A stretch of DNA of 63,568 bases, filler included, from Sphacelaria rigidula (lineage: Eukaryota), in the NCBI GenBank assembly GCA_964200075.2. It is 8 parts of 8 records of this genome, joined end to end, with 100 filler letters (N's around TTAATTAATTAA, not from the genome) between each part and the next. Parts side by side here need not be neighbours in the genome. Positions count along the whole stretch, not along the records: positions 7,960 to 15,818 come from CAXNAA020013200.1; positions 15,919 to 23,777 come from CAXNAA020013201.1; positions 23,878 to 31,736 come from CAXNAA020013202.1; 5 more parts are not named here. One strand, 5' to 3'. Positions 12,740 to 25,778 of the stretch are shown here, one piece after another. The notes beneath the pieces were generated by a model. The model was not told the DNA's origin. It saw only the letters and a list, made by a program, of their open reading frames with translations, and searched no databases. The stretch's first letter is position 1. Each line of letters begins with the position of its first letter. The position numbers were made by a program, and so were the translations under genes.

Positions 12740-15700
12740 ATAACCCTAAAACGGACAAACCGCTGCGGAACGGTATCAGCGAAGGGATGCGATCGTCCCG
12801 AGGTGTAAGGCTCCGTCTAAACCTCATGTTTGAGATAATTACTCGTGGGAGGGCCCAACACGCGATTTCCACCGAGATACTTTCTGTACATACCATTAGT
12901 ACGAGAAACCATCGGAGGGTGAGCTGTCGCATCCAAGACCCGACGCGTTCGCGGACCCTGTACTTCTTGCCATCGTACTGGGTGGCGAGTGGCCGAAGGC
13001 GTGCAAATAGGATGGCGATAATTTACCGCATCTGTGATATGCGGTGTAACTGCATATCACTGATCATGTATCTTTCCACGGTTCAGTACTACTGCATTCT
13101 CAACTTTTGAAGCGTTTGTTTTGTCTGTGGGTTTCTCCACCGTGTCCTCACGAATCGGTTTCAAATTTGGCACAGAGGTACAGCACAACACAGACAGCAT
13201 ATACGCTGTCCGGCGGCACGTGAAGGGGCGGGTGGATTGTGTTCATGTGAACAGGTACACTGAGTGAGCATGCACATGTGCGGATAGATTAATGCGGACG
13301 TGCGGGTACTGGTAGTCGAGTGTGTGTGACTACAGCACCCCGCTCACGGCAGCGACGACGCTGCCTGCTGAGCACACTCAACATCTGATCCCCCAGTCAT
13401 AGGGCCAACTCAGTCTAGGCACTCTCCAATAATACAAAAGATAAAACTATCTATCCTTCGCCACGGACCACGGAATACACCAGTGTTACAACCGGTTGGG
13501 CAGAATAGCGGAACAAGGTGATAGGCCTGCTACAGTCATGGGCGCGCCTGACCCCCCAAAATGAGCCAAAAAAGTATCACCGACCAAAAGCACGAACAGA
13601 CCGGAGATCTCGTTCATCCCCTGAATATGCACGCCGTAAAATCCCCCCAATTACTTGTGATTTGAGTGGGGCTTCCACTCGACGATTTATCATTTTTGTT
13701 GTCCCGGGCTACAAACCACGGCGTACCTAGGCTACTCACCGGCGTGTATTTGTCCAAGCTACAATCTGGAAAGATTGGGGAACCAAAGGAGTTGTGGTGA
13801 TCGAGAAAGTCGCAAAAAAACCATATGTTTTCCACCTAATTTGTTATAAAACTCGAATCTCGATGAGATGAAACAATTCGATCAGCGAGTTTTTAGCTGC
13901 CGTCTTGGCGCAGATGATGCAAAAGATCGCACCCCAATCGATGGTCTTGACGATGAGTAATTGCGGCAACCGTTTGGGCTACGGGCGCAAACCAGCACCT
14001 CCAACCCTCGCCGGTTTTCACGACATGCGAAAACGTCACCCCTGTCCAACGGCCTCCGAATAGATTACACCCATGGATGACTCTTGATACTGCAGATGGT
14101 TGATACATCGCATGTGTGGGATGTTCGGCAGGTGTAGAATTTGAACCTTTGACCAAACCCCTAGAGGCTTCCGTGTGTGCGGATGTTTATCCCCATCTGT
14201 GCATCGCTTGTAATAGTGGCAACAATGTTTTCGTGAGATTGAGAATCTACGATACGATTGAGAGCAGGCTTTACATGGCTTTCAGCGGCCGGGTGTGTCT
14301 GCATCATCAATAGACAAAACGCTTACGTCGCAAATTGGTGCAAAATCGCGTCGATAGAGTGTGTGACATTCATTGCAATATTTTGGACGCGGGATACGTT
14401 ACCGATACTAAAAAAGGTATCGGACCCGTAGCACATGGGGGATTTTCAATTATCATTTGCAAGCCTTGGCATCGGTAATGATAACATGGCGCCGGTGGGG
14501 CCGGATATCTCTTTCGATTGACCAGGAGGGGACTGTTCCACGTGTCATTTTCCAACGAGCCAAATTTCGCCGATGTGCCCTAGACTCGTCCACCCCATCT
14601 CCATCACATTCCAGCCGCCCAGTCTCCATCTGCGAAGCATCTTTCAAAACATTTGGTGAGTTGTCATTTTGCGGAGAAGTGAAGGTAGCTCACAGAGACG
14701 AATTTGTGCGGCGCTGTCGTTGGAGCGTTACTCCGTTGATTGACGGGTCAAGGTCGTTTCATTTGCACAACACGGAGGGAAGAGCAAATCATGCTGTTCC
14801 TGCGTGCCAAGTGGTCCGTTCGCCAAACCCACGGGCACCTATCTGCACGGTATTGTGTCGTGTTGGCTCGCCGCCTGTTGTACAATGAGCACGAAATACA
14901 GAGGTCTTGAGAGACTGCGGACGATGAGACGGTCTCTGGTACAGCGGCCAGTCACCACTTCATCGATAAGTGATGTGTGGAGATGAGCGAGATAACGCAC
15001 TGGATACAAAAATCACCTCTACCTCAACCGGTCAACAAGTAACATACATCGTACTGTCCGCATCCGCAACGATATCCTGTATTGTTTTACCGCAGGTGAC
15101 GTAAGAACGAGACGTGATGGATTCCACACGGGGAAGGCACGACCTTAGCGATCGCGCGTGCAGACCGCTTATGGGCATCGTGCACTCCACAGGTGTGAGG
15201 CACCTCTACTGTTGTAGTACATCGATGCAGACGGAGTGATTTCTCGTCGCACGTTTTGACGGCGTCTTGATATGATGCACATGTCACTCCACATTTCTCT
15301 AGTGTGCTGCAGTATGCGATTTGAGCTGCGTGGGGGACTGCCTCGTGTCCCAAACGCGTTCTTGTTGGAAGGGGTCCACGAAGGGAGGGGCTACCACTCT
15401 AGGTACTGTGTATAGTATGGTTGCCCCCTTCGGCGCATGTACGATTTCCGATACGTCGCAACCCCTCGTGATCATACAAACACGCACCGCGTGCAACTGA
15501 GCTCTGAAGGTCATGACATGTATACACGGGTAGTACAATTGTTTCTGTTCCGATTGTCCCATACTGGAAAATATACTTCCGCTGTTTCATAAGTCTGGGA
15601 AGTTATGGACTTTTGATCGTTCCGAGTATGCACACTATTCCGATCATCCTATAGTTGGGTTCGTTGTGTTGTGTGTGTGTTGTCGTCCCATTTATTCTAG

Positions 15701-16080
15701 GCACCAGTCTACACTTTTCGGTATATGTGGGCGCATCAGCCGGGATCACACAGGAGGAAAGTGAACACAAGAGCTTTTTCTTTTTTCTTTTTTTTTAATA
15801 CCCCACCCTCCTTCTGCGNNNNNNNNNNNNNNNNNNNNNNNNNNNNNNNNNNNNNNNNNNNNTTAATTAATTAANNNNNNNNNNNNNNNNNNNNNNNNNN
15901 NNNNNNNNNNNNNNNNNNCGTCCCGGCTTTGTAGGGATGCGCGGTCAGTGGTCATATGACTATGGCATGCAAGATCATGAATACACCTTGTCACTGGTTG
16001 GAAGACTTGAGGTGTACCGGTAGTTCCATGTGATTATTTTGTATTGGTTCTTGTGACGAGCGTACGCCGATCGTGCCCAG

Positions 16081-16393
16081 GCGTACCCATTGTTCAGCGG
16101 CTGTGTGAGTGGATCCTTTGCGCTGGATTTGCGCCTGCCCGTGCACCGGCTGGCTGCCGTGAGACTGGCCGAGGCGGAAAACTTTCAACAGCTTGAACTG
16201 AGGTGCGAGAGAGATGGAGATTGAAACACACACATAATTTTTGTTGGAAAAGAGACAATCTAGCGCGCAGCGTGTACTTGTATAATATCACATTGGAAAC
16301 GAACATAGGCGGTCTTGTGAGCATGGAAATAGGAGAGAGGAGAGGGAGGGGGGGGGAAAGAGAGAGAGGGAAGGAGAGAGACACACACACAGG

Positions 16394-16485
<92 letters not shown>

Positions 16486-16486
16486 A

Positions 16487-16517
<31 letters not shown>

Positions 16518-19500
16518 CAGAGACAGAGACAGAGACAGAGACAGAGACAGAGACAGAGACAGAGACAGAGACAGAGACAGACAGAGACAGATACAGAGGG
16601 ACAGAGAAAGAGAGAGCAAGAGAGATCGGAATATAGTTTTCCGTCGCCACAGACTATGGTACGATCATAGTGGCGGAGATGATCTGTCAAGAAGAAAGCC
16701 ATAAGGCAGCGCGGGGCAGATACCATTTACGCTTGCGTGCTCACTGCTCGAAGTCAAAGAGAGAACAGGAGCTCCGTAGACACGACGAAAAACCAAATGA
16801 AAAAATCGTACCCACTTTCGAGCGAGAGGCGGCCGACAAAATCGCAGGCCCCGGGCCAGTACCGTCCGCTAACATAAGTCATCCTCGCGTCTCTCGGGTC
16901 ATCTTGCGTGTGCTTTGGGAGAAAAGCGCCGAGGAGTACATTTATAACATCTCGAGTTGAGTTGTTTTTCCTGTCATGATGGCTTCGGGCATGAGCCAAC
17001 TTCAATCTACTCTGATCTTGCAACGTGCCCCTGCCCAGCTCAGCGCTACACGCAGTAATGGGATTGCCAATTGCTTCTGAAACGTTGATATCTCTCGGCG
17101 CGCAGATTGCGAATACACTGCCAGCGCTGCGCAAGAAGCGAGACATTGTGGCTCCCGTTAACGTACTCTCTCGATGTGTTGCTGCAGGAAACGCTCAAAC
17201 ACTTCGAGTGAAGATGCCCATGACAAAGAAACGCCCTCTTCGCAACTAGCCTCCTTTGTTGGATTCAGGTAAGCCTTACAGCTGCAGAAGAGCTGTGCTG
17301 CATTGTTGGTATGTCGTACGATTCGCACAGTGGTTGTCGTTTGCGATACGCTGTGCCACTGAACATTTCTGCACCCGTTTTTATTGAAGGAGGTACCTGG
17401 TAAGCAAGGGACAATACAGTAATACTAGTGCAATTACGGGAATCTACTGACAGGACATGATGAGTGAGGCTGACTCTCGATTTGCCCGATGCCATTTTCC
17501 AAACGTTGGAGAAGGTGGCGAATACACGTCTCCTTCCTATCGTATATCCACATTGACATCTTCCCGACCTCTCTACGGGCGGACAGGGAAATCGAGGTGT
17601 GCGGAGAAGGGGGGGGAAGGGGTAGTCGGGTATCCCTTGCACATGGTTGTACGTCAACGCAAGAAAGAGAGCCGACACAATAAGTCGGTGAAGGCCGACG
17701 GGCTCCGTAGGAGTGCTAAAAGTCATGATCCAATGCTCGTTGATAATCAAATTCAACGTCAAGTGCAAGGCAGGTACCGAGCAACAGGTGGTTGACTTGA
17801 GTTGACCAGGGACTCGCCACGAGGAACTGGCGAGGGGAAGGAGAGCGGTGGGAATGGGCGGGGGGGGGGGGTGTACTCATGCTCTTGCAAGCGCGAAGCA
17901 CCGTGATGTCTTCGGCGAGTCGCAAGAAGTGTGACCTGCATCCGGCTAAGATTGCCCGGTATGAGGCAGACTAATTATCTTGCATACGGGTGGCACCCTC
18001 GAATGAAATGCTTCATTGTCTGGTATCACTACTTCCAGAGACAGCCTTAGGGTACACACTGTCTCATGAGTATTCCATCATTCAAACATTACGTAGTATG
18101 GTCATCCCCATTGCGCGGAGTTGACGCTTCCACCCCGCACAATATGATCTAGCTCGACGACCATCACGGTTACCGCAAAAAACATGCAAACGAGAAATAA
18201 AACGTAGTCGGTTACCTAGTTTACGCAGTGAGAGGCGTGATTTACAGCGTCGTTGCCAAACGACACCAACCCTTAATGGAGAGGGGGGTACTCTTACGTT
18301 GCTTGCCTTAGTCGTTTGACCATTGACCGCGCATCCCTTTCGCGACGGAGCAAAAAGTTGAAGGCGGGAGGAGTGGGGGGGCTTAAAAGTAATACGAACA
18401 TATACATAGATAAGAGTTGTGGTGCAAAACATCACACTGGGAACGCAGCACTAGCAATGATAGTTGAGCTCTTCGTTTGTCTGTCGTCATGGCATATCAT
18501 TGTATAGGGGTGGGAAAGTACGAGTAGAAAAATGGGCGATTTTACATGGGGCCCCTGATTTGCTCACACCGTTGTTGTTGCCACTATCGTGCGATATTCA
18601 CTGCAGTTTTTTCGGACACGAAAATTATTCTGGAAAATCGACGATGAATAACTTCGGGTGTAAGCTTTGCAGGTCGAACTGTCATGCAGTCTACGTTTCT
18701 AGGGAGAAAATACGCAAACGGTGAAGCCTTCTTGGTTTTTTTATTATGTTTGTTTCCGTGTAGGTACAGCGCGTCAAAAAACAAGTCCCCGAGGTACCAG
18801 TGCGGTGATGCGCGAAATTTTGATTCTTCACTCCTCTTACTTTGCAGTGATCCTTTGTGCTGCAGGTGAAATGTTTGGTAGTGTTAGCAAATTCTCTGTA
18901 CTGTAGACACCTGTAGCCAATGCTTAGAGTACTCATGTGAGGAGTTCATGAATCTTCGACAGATACCTGAGGTAACGTTACCCTTTTTGGTTAAAAACGG
19001 TAAATTCTGTGCTGTAGACGCCTGTAGCCAACGCTTAGGGCACTAACGTGAAGAGTTTGTGAATCTTCGACAGACACCCAAGTTAACTTTACGCTTCCCG
19101 TTGAGGAGGGTAAATCACCATGATTGTTTTGTGTATCGAAAACTGACCACCTCTTCACATCGGCGCGACACAGGGTAACCATGTCCACGTTGTGACTAGA
19201 CGGCTCCGAGTTCAAAACCCTGATCGCTAGCCGTGTCAAGTGTGAGATGACCGCCGAAGTGTAGTTGGGAAGAAGAGTCGCAAACTTTGTGGGGAATGCG
19301 AATGATGCTACGGCAGGGGAGAGGGGGTGTTTCATTCCACGAAGTACAAGGGGTCACAGATGTGTCAGACGACCTAACTATTCGCGGTGCGTTTGTATTT
19401 GGGTGAAAGCGGTGTCTAGTACTATGAATGAGAGTGCCTTATTGGAAACAAGCGCGTTCGAACAAACGTTGTTGCTTTCAACGGCAATTTGAGGTGGACC

Positions 19501-22500
19501 ACGAAATGGCCGAAAATACCCCCTTCTCTACGCCCCGTCTCGTAAGGGATGCGTGGTTAATGGCCAAACAACTAGGGCAAGCAAGCAAATGAGTGCGCCC
19601 CCGGTCCCCCCGTCATTCGTTCCCGAGCGCAATTCACGAACTCATAACGGGGGGGAAAAACTGTGGGATGTTGGCTTAGGCGACCAACACACGCGAGAGA
19701 TATGCAAAGACGAGGTATAAACCATCCCTAAGATTGGCGAGCCAGCGATTTAAGTCAACTCTAGCGATCTCTTCTCGTCACAAAATGCACGAAGAAGCGC
19801 GTCAAGGGCGAGGGAGGAGGGGGGGGGGGAAGGGCGTATATAATGATTTTTTGCTTGCCTTAGGCATTTGATCATTGACCACGCATTCCTTTCGAGACGG
19901 AGCACCGACCGTGGGGATGCCGTGGTCATATGACCATTGACCTCGCATCCCGACAAAGCCGGGACGGAGCACGCCGGGTTTTCGCCGGACCAGACTCGTA
20001 ATCAATCACCAAGCGCGAAGCGCCATGATATTTTCGACAAGTCGCAGAAGGGTGGGCAGCATCCTGCCAAGATTGCTCGGCCCGAAGCGTACTGATTATC
20101 TTGCATTTTTGGATGACAGTCGACAATGCGTTGCTCCAATTATTGGTATCGCCACTTCCAGAGACAGCCATAGGTTCCACACTGCCTCATGGGTACCTCA
20201 CCGAGCAGGAGGGGGGTACTCATTCGTTGCTTGCCTTAGTTGTTTGACCATTGGCCACGCATCCCTTTCGGGACGGAGCACGTTTCCTACTCCTAATAGA
20301 GACGCCTCCAACATCGATCAGGGGGTAGATTGGGAAGTCATGCAAAATTCGAAGCGTAGTACACTGACGAAAAAATGGGATGGTTCTGTCTGCCGTAAAC
20401 ATACACGTGCACACGTATATCTATTCTAGGAACGTGAGATACAAACCGACAAGACCAATTGCTAGGCCGGTGTTGACCCCCGAAAGCGGTGCCGGTAGCG
20501 GAGACGGGGTTGACGGCGAAGGGGAGGCTGCTGGACAAACAATCGCTCAGAGTGGCGAGCGGAGTGCTTGGGATGAAGGTAAACTAGCACACCGAGGGCT
20601 GGGGACAACGAGTAACTGCGCCAGTCCGGCCATCGAATGAGAATAGCAAAAAGATGGGAGCAGTGTGAACAGTTATTATTTTTTCCAGACCAGTCGTTTA
20701 GTATTGGGCTGGATCAGTGGGTCTGACATTTTGTGCGTTTACTCTGGGGATCGCAGGTGACCACGCACCGCAGCCTGAGGGAAATAACTCGCCCAGAACG
20801 AGCGCAGCAGTCGTACAGGGGAAAAACGGTGGAAAAGGTTCGCTCAACAAATTACCCGAGAATTTCTTTCGAAAAGGTAAAAGGCAGGGCTTACGACGAC
20901 ACATGAAGCAAAGGAACCGCAGAGTCACTACAGGCAGAAGACGGTACGCGAGGAAACTCTGACTATACTAGACATGGGCGGGGGGATTGTTTTTTTTCTT
21001 TCATTTTTCAGGAAGAGAGTCCTGTCGCAGGTTAGGAGCCCCCTTGGATTACGGACACTGTTTTTGGTTCGGGACACCCCTTTGTGGATCCGGACACCCC
21101 TTGCTGGATTCGGACACCCCTGTTGGGAAGCGGCGACCCCTGTCCGGAACCGGACACCCCTGGCTCAAGTCCCCCGTGCTTACTCCACTCCCGCCCTCTC
21201 GGGTCCCCCTCCTCCCGCTCGACTCGCTGCGACAATTTCCAATTACAATTATACATGGTGCGGAAGAGTTGTTCGATTGTAGCTCACAGGTTCGTGGATT
21301 CTCAGTAGCGATTGTGTTCGACGGTGTTGTCCATGCGTGCGTTGTTCTCGGCCCAATACTCCCTGTTACGGACGCCATCCATCATGATCTTTTCGTGCCG
21401 GTCCATTTTGTGAACAGAAAAAAAAGAAGCGGAGACGCTTCACTTTTCTTACCCATGCTTCGGCGGGACACATGAGTTCGAGGAGAGTGATGGTGATGGG
21501 ATGTCACGAAAAACGCAAAGATATTCAGTCAACGTTGATTGACTGAGTAGCTCAACGGCTATTGTAACATTTTGACAGAAGCTAATCCCAGACACTGTCT
21601 CACCCAATGCTCACCCACGTACCGTCCTGATCATTGTAAGGATGGCACCGAAACCTCCTGTGCGTGACCGCGGGAATGAATGCCGGTCGCACGCTCACTC
21701 ACAGCAGGCAATGCACGCAAAAATACCCATCTTACGGTGCAGGTCTCCGCGATACAAAGTCGGGGGTGTTGGAGCTGGACTTTGTGGCTGCATGCGCGCC
21801 TCCGGATGGAGCACAGGCCATGAGCGACTTGCAGCTGTCGAGATTACTCCACCGTTGCGGACTTCTGGATCCACAATACTGGTACTCGTACTTTGATACT
21901 TGTCTATTTTTTCTTCTTTTGCTTTTTGGGTTGAAAAAACACTACTATACATGTATGATGATGCGTACGCATCTTGAACGTGTACGGCATCTCTTGCTGC
22001 TTTCTGCTCCTTGAAGTCATGTTCAACTCGCGGGGAATCTTGATGTTACCTACCGTCCCGCAGTATATGTACTATCCTACCTTCTGCTTTAACCATCTCG
22101 AGTTTTTCGCTCCACCGCCTTTTTTTTCTCCTCGCACACGGCTGGGCATCTTGGTGCATTCAGAGTATTGCCCCTGCACAACCTAACGCTAGGAGGAGCA
22201 AGCCGATTCATGAGTTGCCAATGTAACAATATTGAGTGCGATTTATCGGGTGACATGAGGTATCGGTGTGTGTGAGCACATTTTTTTGTCGTCATCTAGA
22301 CATGTTCCAATCGGAGCTTGCTTGCGAATCGGTGGATAAAACAATACGTTCAACAGGAAGCAAGTATACGAATATCGGTCCCAATTTCGGATCATGTCAT
22401 ACCCTGGACAAAAATAGATTCTATTGTTAAAAAAATGTACTGCGTACAGTATGGAATCTATTGCCTGTTGCAACAGGCGCAATGGTCGATACTGTACGCA

Positions 22501-23156
22501 GTACAATTTTTTACTGTGTATTTTATTGTCCAGGGTTGTCTCGACGATGAACGTACTTCTGGGCAGTGTGATCACTATCTTCGGTGGGGCTACCGATTCA
22601 CCACGTTCGCCACTTTTTACGATAGCCCCCCCCCCCAAAAGTGCATGGTTTCGGGAGGCAAAACCTTCACGAAAATCGAAATAGGAAACGCCGAGCACAA
22701 CGAGAAGCTGAGAATTCCGACGCTTGGGTTCGTTCTAGCCAATGTCGCCAAAATGAGGCGCTCAATGCAGCCTGAACCCAAACATCAGGCGATGTATGGC
22801 CATTTTTTCCGTGATATTTTTGAGCTGGTTTAGGGGGGGGGGCTATCGCAGAAAGTGTCGTTCGTGGAAAACTTGTTCCATCTCACCGTATACATTCCCC
22901 GAAATATATTGATCTTCAAAATTAATCTCTCTTCCTGCCTCTGCTTTCATAATACTTGCTCTATAATACCACAAATATTATTAAAGGTCGGAGTATCTGC
23001 GACCTCCAAGTTTTCCGCTGTCTTTCCCTGACCTGATTCGGCTGCTGAGGGTCAAAGGGAGGGGAGATAAACGACTGGCCAAGCTGCTGGTGCTTTTACT
23101 GAGGATCAAGAACTCGATATACAAAACCATCCGAATCTCGAGAACAAGAAAGGAAG
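16081..23156 (+). CDS. Partial multi-exon gene, uncharacterised protein
   Basis: Phase-compatible GT-AG exons: 16081-16202 (AYPLFSGCVSGSFALDLRLPVHRLAAVRLAEAENFQQLEL), 17188-17268, ~17465-17773 (acceptor uncertain), 20430-20578, 20757-20876, 21743-21881 (GLRDTKSGVLELDFVAACAPPDGAQAMSD...) and 22987-23156. From memory, the G-x-F/Y-x-LDL...R and G-x-LELDF motifs resemble a repeat seen in uncharacterised LRR-associated protist proteins; this is unverified. Confidence 0.6.
16333..16625 (+). repeat. Compound microsatellite (AG)n/(GT)n/(AGAGAC)n
   Basis: Directly visible. It lies in the predicted intron 16203-17187. Confidence 0.97.
17873..18272 (+). repeat. Dispersed repeat, long subfamily B (internally deleted copy), followed by a subfamily A copy
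   Basis: It matches 44436-44923 and 44949-45451, starts with GTACTCATG after a G-run, and ends ...cgacaccaaccc. Confidence 0.88.
18889..19097 (+). repeat. Diverged tandem duplication, period about 113 nt
   Basis: The unit aaattct..tg.ctgtagac.cctgtagccaa.gcttag...gaatcttcgacaga occurs at ~18889 and ~19002. Confidence 0.85.
21040..21165 (+). repeat. Minisatellite, unit of about 20 nt with a CGGACACCCC core
   Basis: Five to six imperfect units (tggat.cggacacccct) in the predicted intron 20877-21742. Confidence 0.8.
22401..22536. mobile_element. 136-bp palindromic MITE-like element (ACCCTGGACAA..TTGTCCAGGGT)
   Basis: The 11-bp termini are perfect, the inner arms are gtactgcgtacagtat/atactgtacgcagtac, and the centre is gcctgttgcaacaggc. 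A related half copy lies at ~48699-48755. Confidence 0.75.
22611..22856. repeat. Inverted-repeat-bounded element (cacttt.t.cgatagccccccccc / gggggggggctatcgcagaaagtg)
   Basis: Inverted repeats of about 24 bp lie about 245 bp apart. A related motif, ggagggttatcgtagaaagtgtcg, occurs at ~1065. Confidence 0.55.
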
Positions 23157-23416
23157 GTGATGTCAATTCATTTTGTTTTTCCCCCCGTCATATTCTCAGA
23201 CCTCCCCTCGCCCATGACGAGTGCAAGATCTCTAGGGATGAAACTGTCTCTCTCCCCGATGTACAGTGTGTCTGACATTTTAGTAATTGCGGATTGGGTC
23301 AGCACTACCTCACGACGCCGAATTTTGGTGAATATTTTTCTGCTTCTCGTGTCCTCACGTTTTCAACGATGTAAACGACTTTCTACGATAGCACCCCTCC
23401 CCCCCTCCCGCTGCTG

Positions 23417-23715
23417 AGACACCCATGAGGCAGTGTATAAGCCGTGGCTGTCTCTGGAAGTGGCGATACCAGAAAATAAAGCAACTCCTCGTGGGTTGTC
23501 ATCCAAATGCAAGATTTTCAGTAGGCTTCGGGCCGAACACTCTTGACAGGATGCAGCTCACCCTTCATGCGACTCGACGAACACACCACGGCGCTTCGCG
23601 CTTGGTGGTTTGAGGGCAAGCCTGGACAGGCGAAAACCCGGCATGCTCCGTTCCGGCTTTGTAGGGATACGAAGTCAATGGTCTGATGACTACGGCACGC
23701 ATGATCATGACTACA
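23417..23715 (-). repeat. Dispersed repeat subfamily B, partial
   Basis: Reverse complement of the first ~300 nt of the 44949 copy, followed by C-runs at the contig end. Confidence 0.88.
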
Positions 23716-23877
23716 CCCCCCCCCCCCCGCCTCCCCCTCCCCCCCCCCGGCCCGCAAGGGCGGCGGGGCCAAAGGTCNNNNNNNNNNNNNNNNNNNNNNN
23801 NNNNNNNNNNNNNNNNNNNNNTTAATTAATTAANNNNNNNNNNNNNNNNNNNNNNNNNNNNNNNNNNNNNNNNNNNN

Positions 23878-24139
23878 CGACCCCCGCCAGTTTGCCCAAT
23901 AATCTGTGGAGATCGCCGTAGATTATGTTGCACACGGATTTTTGTTCAGCGGGCGTTTTCGAAACATTGGAGCCAAGCAAATCTGAAAAGTGGGCTAGGC
24001 TCCTCTCTATGGGGTGATGCCAAGTGTCCAAGACGTGTGTTCCCCATTTCCCTGTTCGGGGCTCAAAAAGTCGCTCAAACGCCAGAAAAGTGGACAATCC
24101 GTGGGCCAAAAATATGTGTCCCATAACATCCGGCCTAAC
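23878..24139 (+). mobile_element. Second copy (right half) of the 12261-12739 foldback element
   Basis: It aligns by eye with 12488-12739 (cgacccccgccag.ttgccca.ta.tctgtggagatcgcc...ccataacatccg). Confidence 0.85.
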
Positions 24140-25778
24140 CTCAAATATCCGAAATCGCAAATATCCTCGATTTTTATGTTGTGCTGTTGTATGTGCGGAT
24201 ACACCGCGTGTTTTCGGAGTTAGCGTGCGCAACGTACAGTCGTATGCATCTGACTCAAAGTCACGGTGGAGGTGGAGCGCAAAACGCATCCCGCATATAA
24301 TATGAAATAACAGTCTTGAAACCATGCCAGGGGGGTGGAGGTCCTATCTCTTATGGTCAAGTTTCGCCTCAGTTACTATGGACTCGGGAAAATTTCGAGT
24401 TTGCTTATTTGTTCAGATCCTATTGTATATTTCTGACCCTTTATTAAGCAGAATTATGAACGACCGAAAATACTGTTTGAAGACCGGTCATTGACGGATA
24501 GTGGCGAACATCATGACAATTGACAAATAGTGGTACAAACGCGTGCTCACTTCGCTGATGCCACTGCTTCATGACCCTCGGTTTTACTCGAGTTAGGCTC
24601 TGAAGGCGGTCGTTTCTTGGGGAAGATCACTTGCCTTATGAGTATAATCCAAACGTCACAAGTCCAGACCATTATCGCACAAGGTTCTCGATGATACCGC
24701 TATTTGATTGTCGCACATTAACGTATCTCCGAGGGACCCAGCCATGGCCTCGAGGTAGAGAGATTTGCGACAGAGAGACAGAGACAGAGAGGGTAAAGTA
24801 ACTGCTGTGTTGCCCATCATGCCGACGCGATGGGCAGGATATACCTATCAGTCCTAAGAGCGTTGGATGCACTACTTCCAGCCGTCTGCAGTGGTGCTAC
24901 AACCCGCACGCAATCCTCGCCGTGGAAAAATACTGGCGGAAAATGAATTTGCCGCAATCAGCGGCCAGCTACAGTTGATTACCGCGATTGTGTTATATCG
25001 CGGTACAATCAAGGACGGGAATATCGTGCCCGTGACAGCATCAAAGTGTTGCATGCGAAACAGGTGTAGCGTAGGATTGCTGCCTACTGACATACAGCGG
25101 CAGAGTTGGCGTAGTGACTGGTGGCGACTGCAGGCTGCGTCCTTTCATTCAAGTACACACGAGTGCGTGATGAGTCAGAAGCATAACTTAAATTTTTCTT
25201 ATCCGGAAGGGGATGGTACGGATGTTACTGTTCGTCATTACTGAAAGATACTCGCCATCATTCGCCGACGACCACCTCCCAGCAGGCTTTTCGGACGTTA
25301 GACAGATCCGGTTCCCAAAGGATCAAGGAAAGCCCAATTTCATCTGTGTCCGTATTTGCCCATTCGATCTTATTGAACCTGTTACTGAGGATCCCTGAAA
25401 CCGGAAAATAATCTGGGAACCAAGTTCACCGGTAAAATTCCGCAAGAGAGGAAATGTCAGCACGCTGACGAGGTCGGGCTTCCTTTGAGGAATACGCATA
25501 TGTGTGAATGTCGTCCTGTGAACATAAAACGGCGAGAAAGTTCCGCCAACTGCTATTGTAGTATTTTTTTCTTGCCTATCAACCAGCCTGTACGAGTACC
25601 ACATCTTGTAAACATCGTTCCCAGCCTAAGGTCCTTTGAGCCGTCGTGCACTTGGACCTTCATTTCGCAACTTGTCGAACAAATCAAAATATGATTGACT
25701 TGTATGGTATCTCCTACTATGTTCGTTTGATTGATTGATTTCGCACTTTAACTGTGTGCTTTACCGAAATCTCCTCAG

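Noticed and set aside
7960-15818. Many short ORFs and scattered splice-like sites in contig 2
   Set aside because: I could not build a phase-consistent exon chain or recognise any motif. A diverged gene or TE may still be present.
16087-16197. Possible minus-strand exon FKLLKVFRLGQ...
   Set aside because: The plus-strand exon 16081-16202 fits the phase chain of downstream exons and looks more protein-like.
16094-16726. ORFs with CLCLCL, SLSLSL or RDRDRD runs
   Set aside because: They are translations of an intronic microsatellite.
21040-21165. CRISPR-like appearance of the short repeats
   Set aside because: The units are adjacent and degenerate with no unique spacers, there are no cas genes, and the context is a eukaryotic intron.
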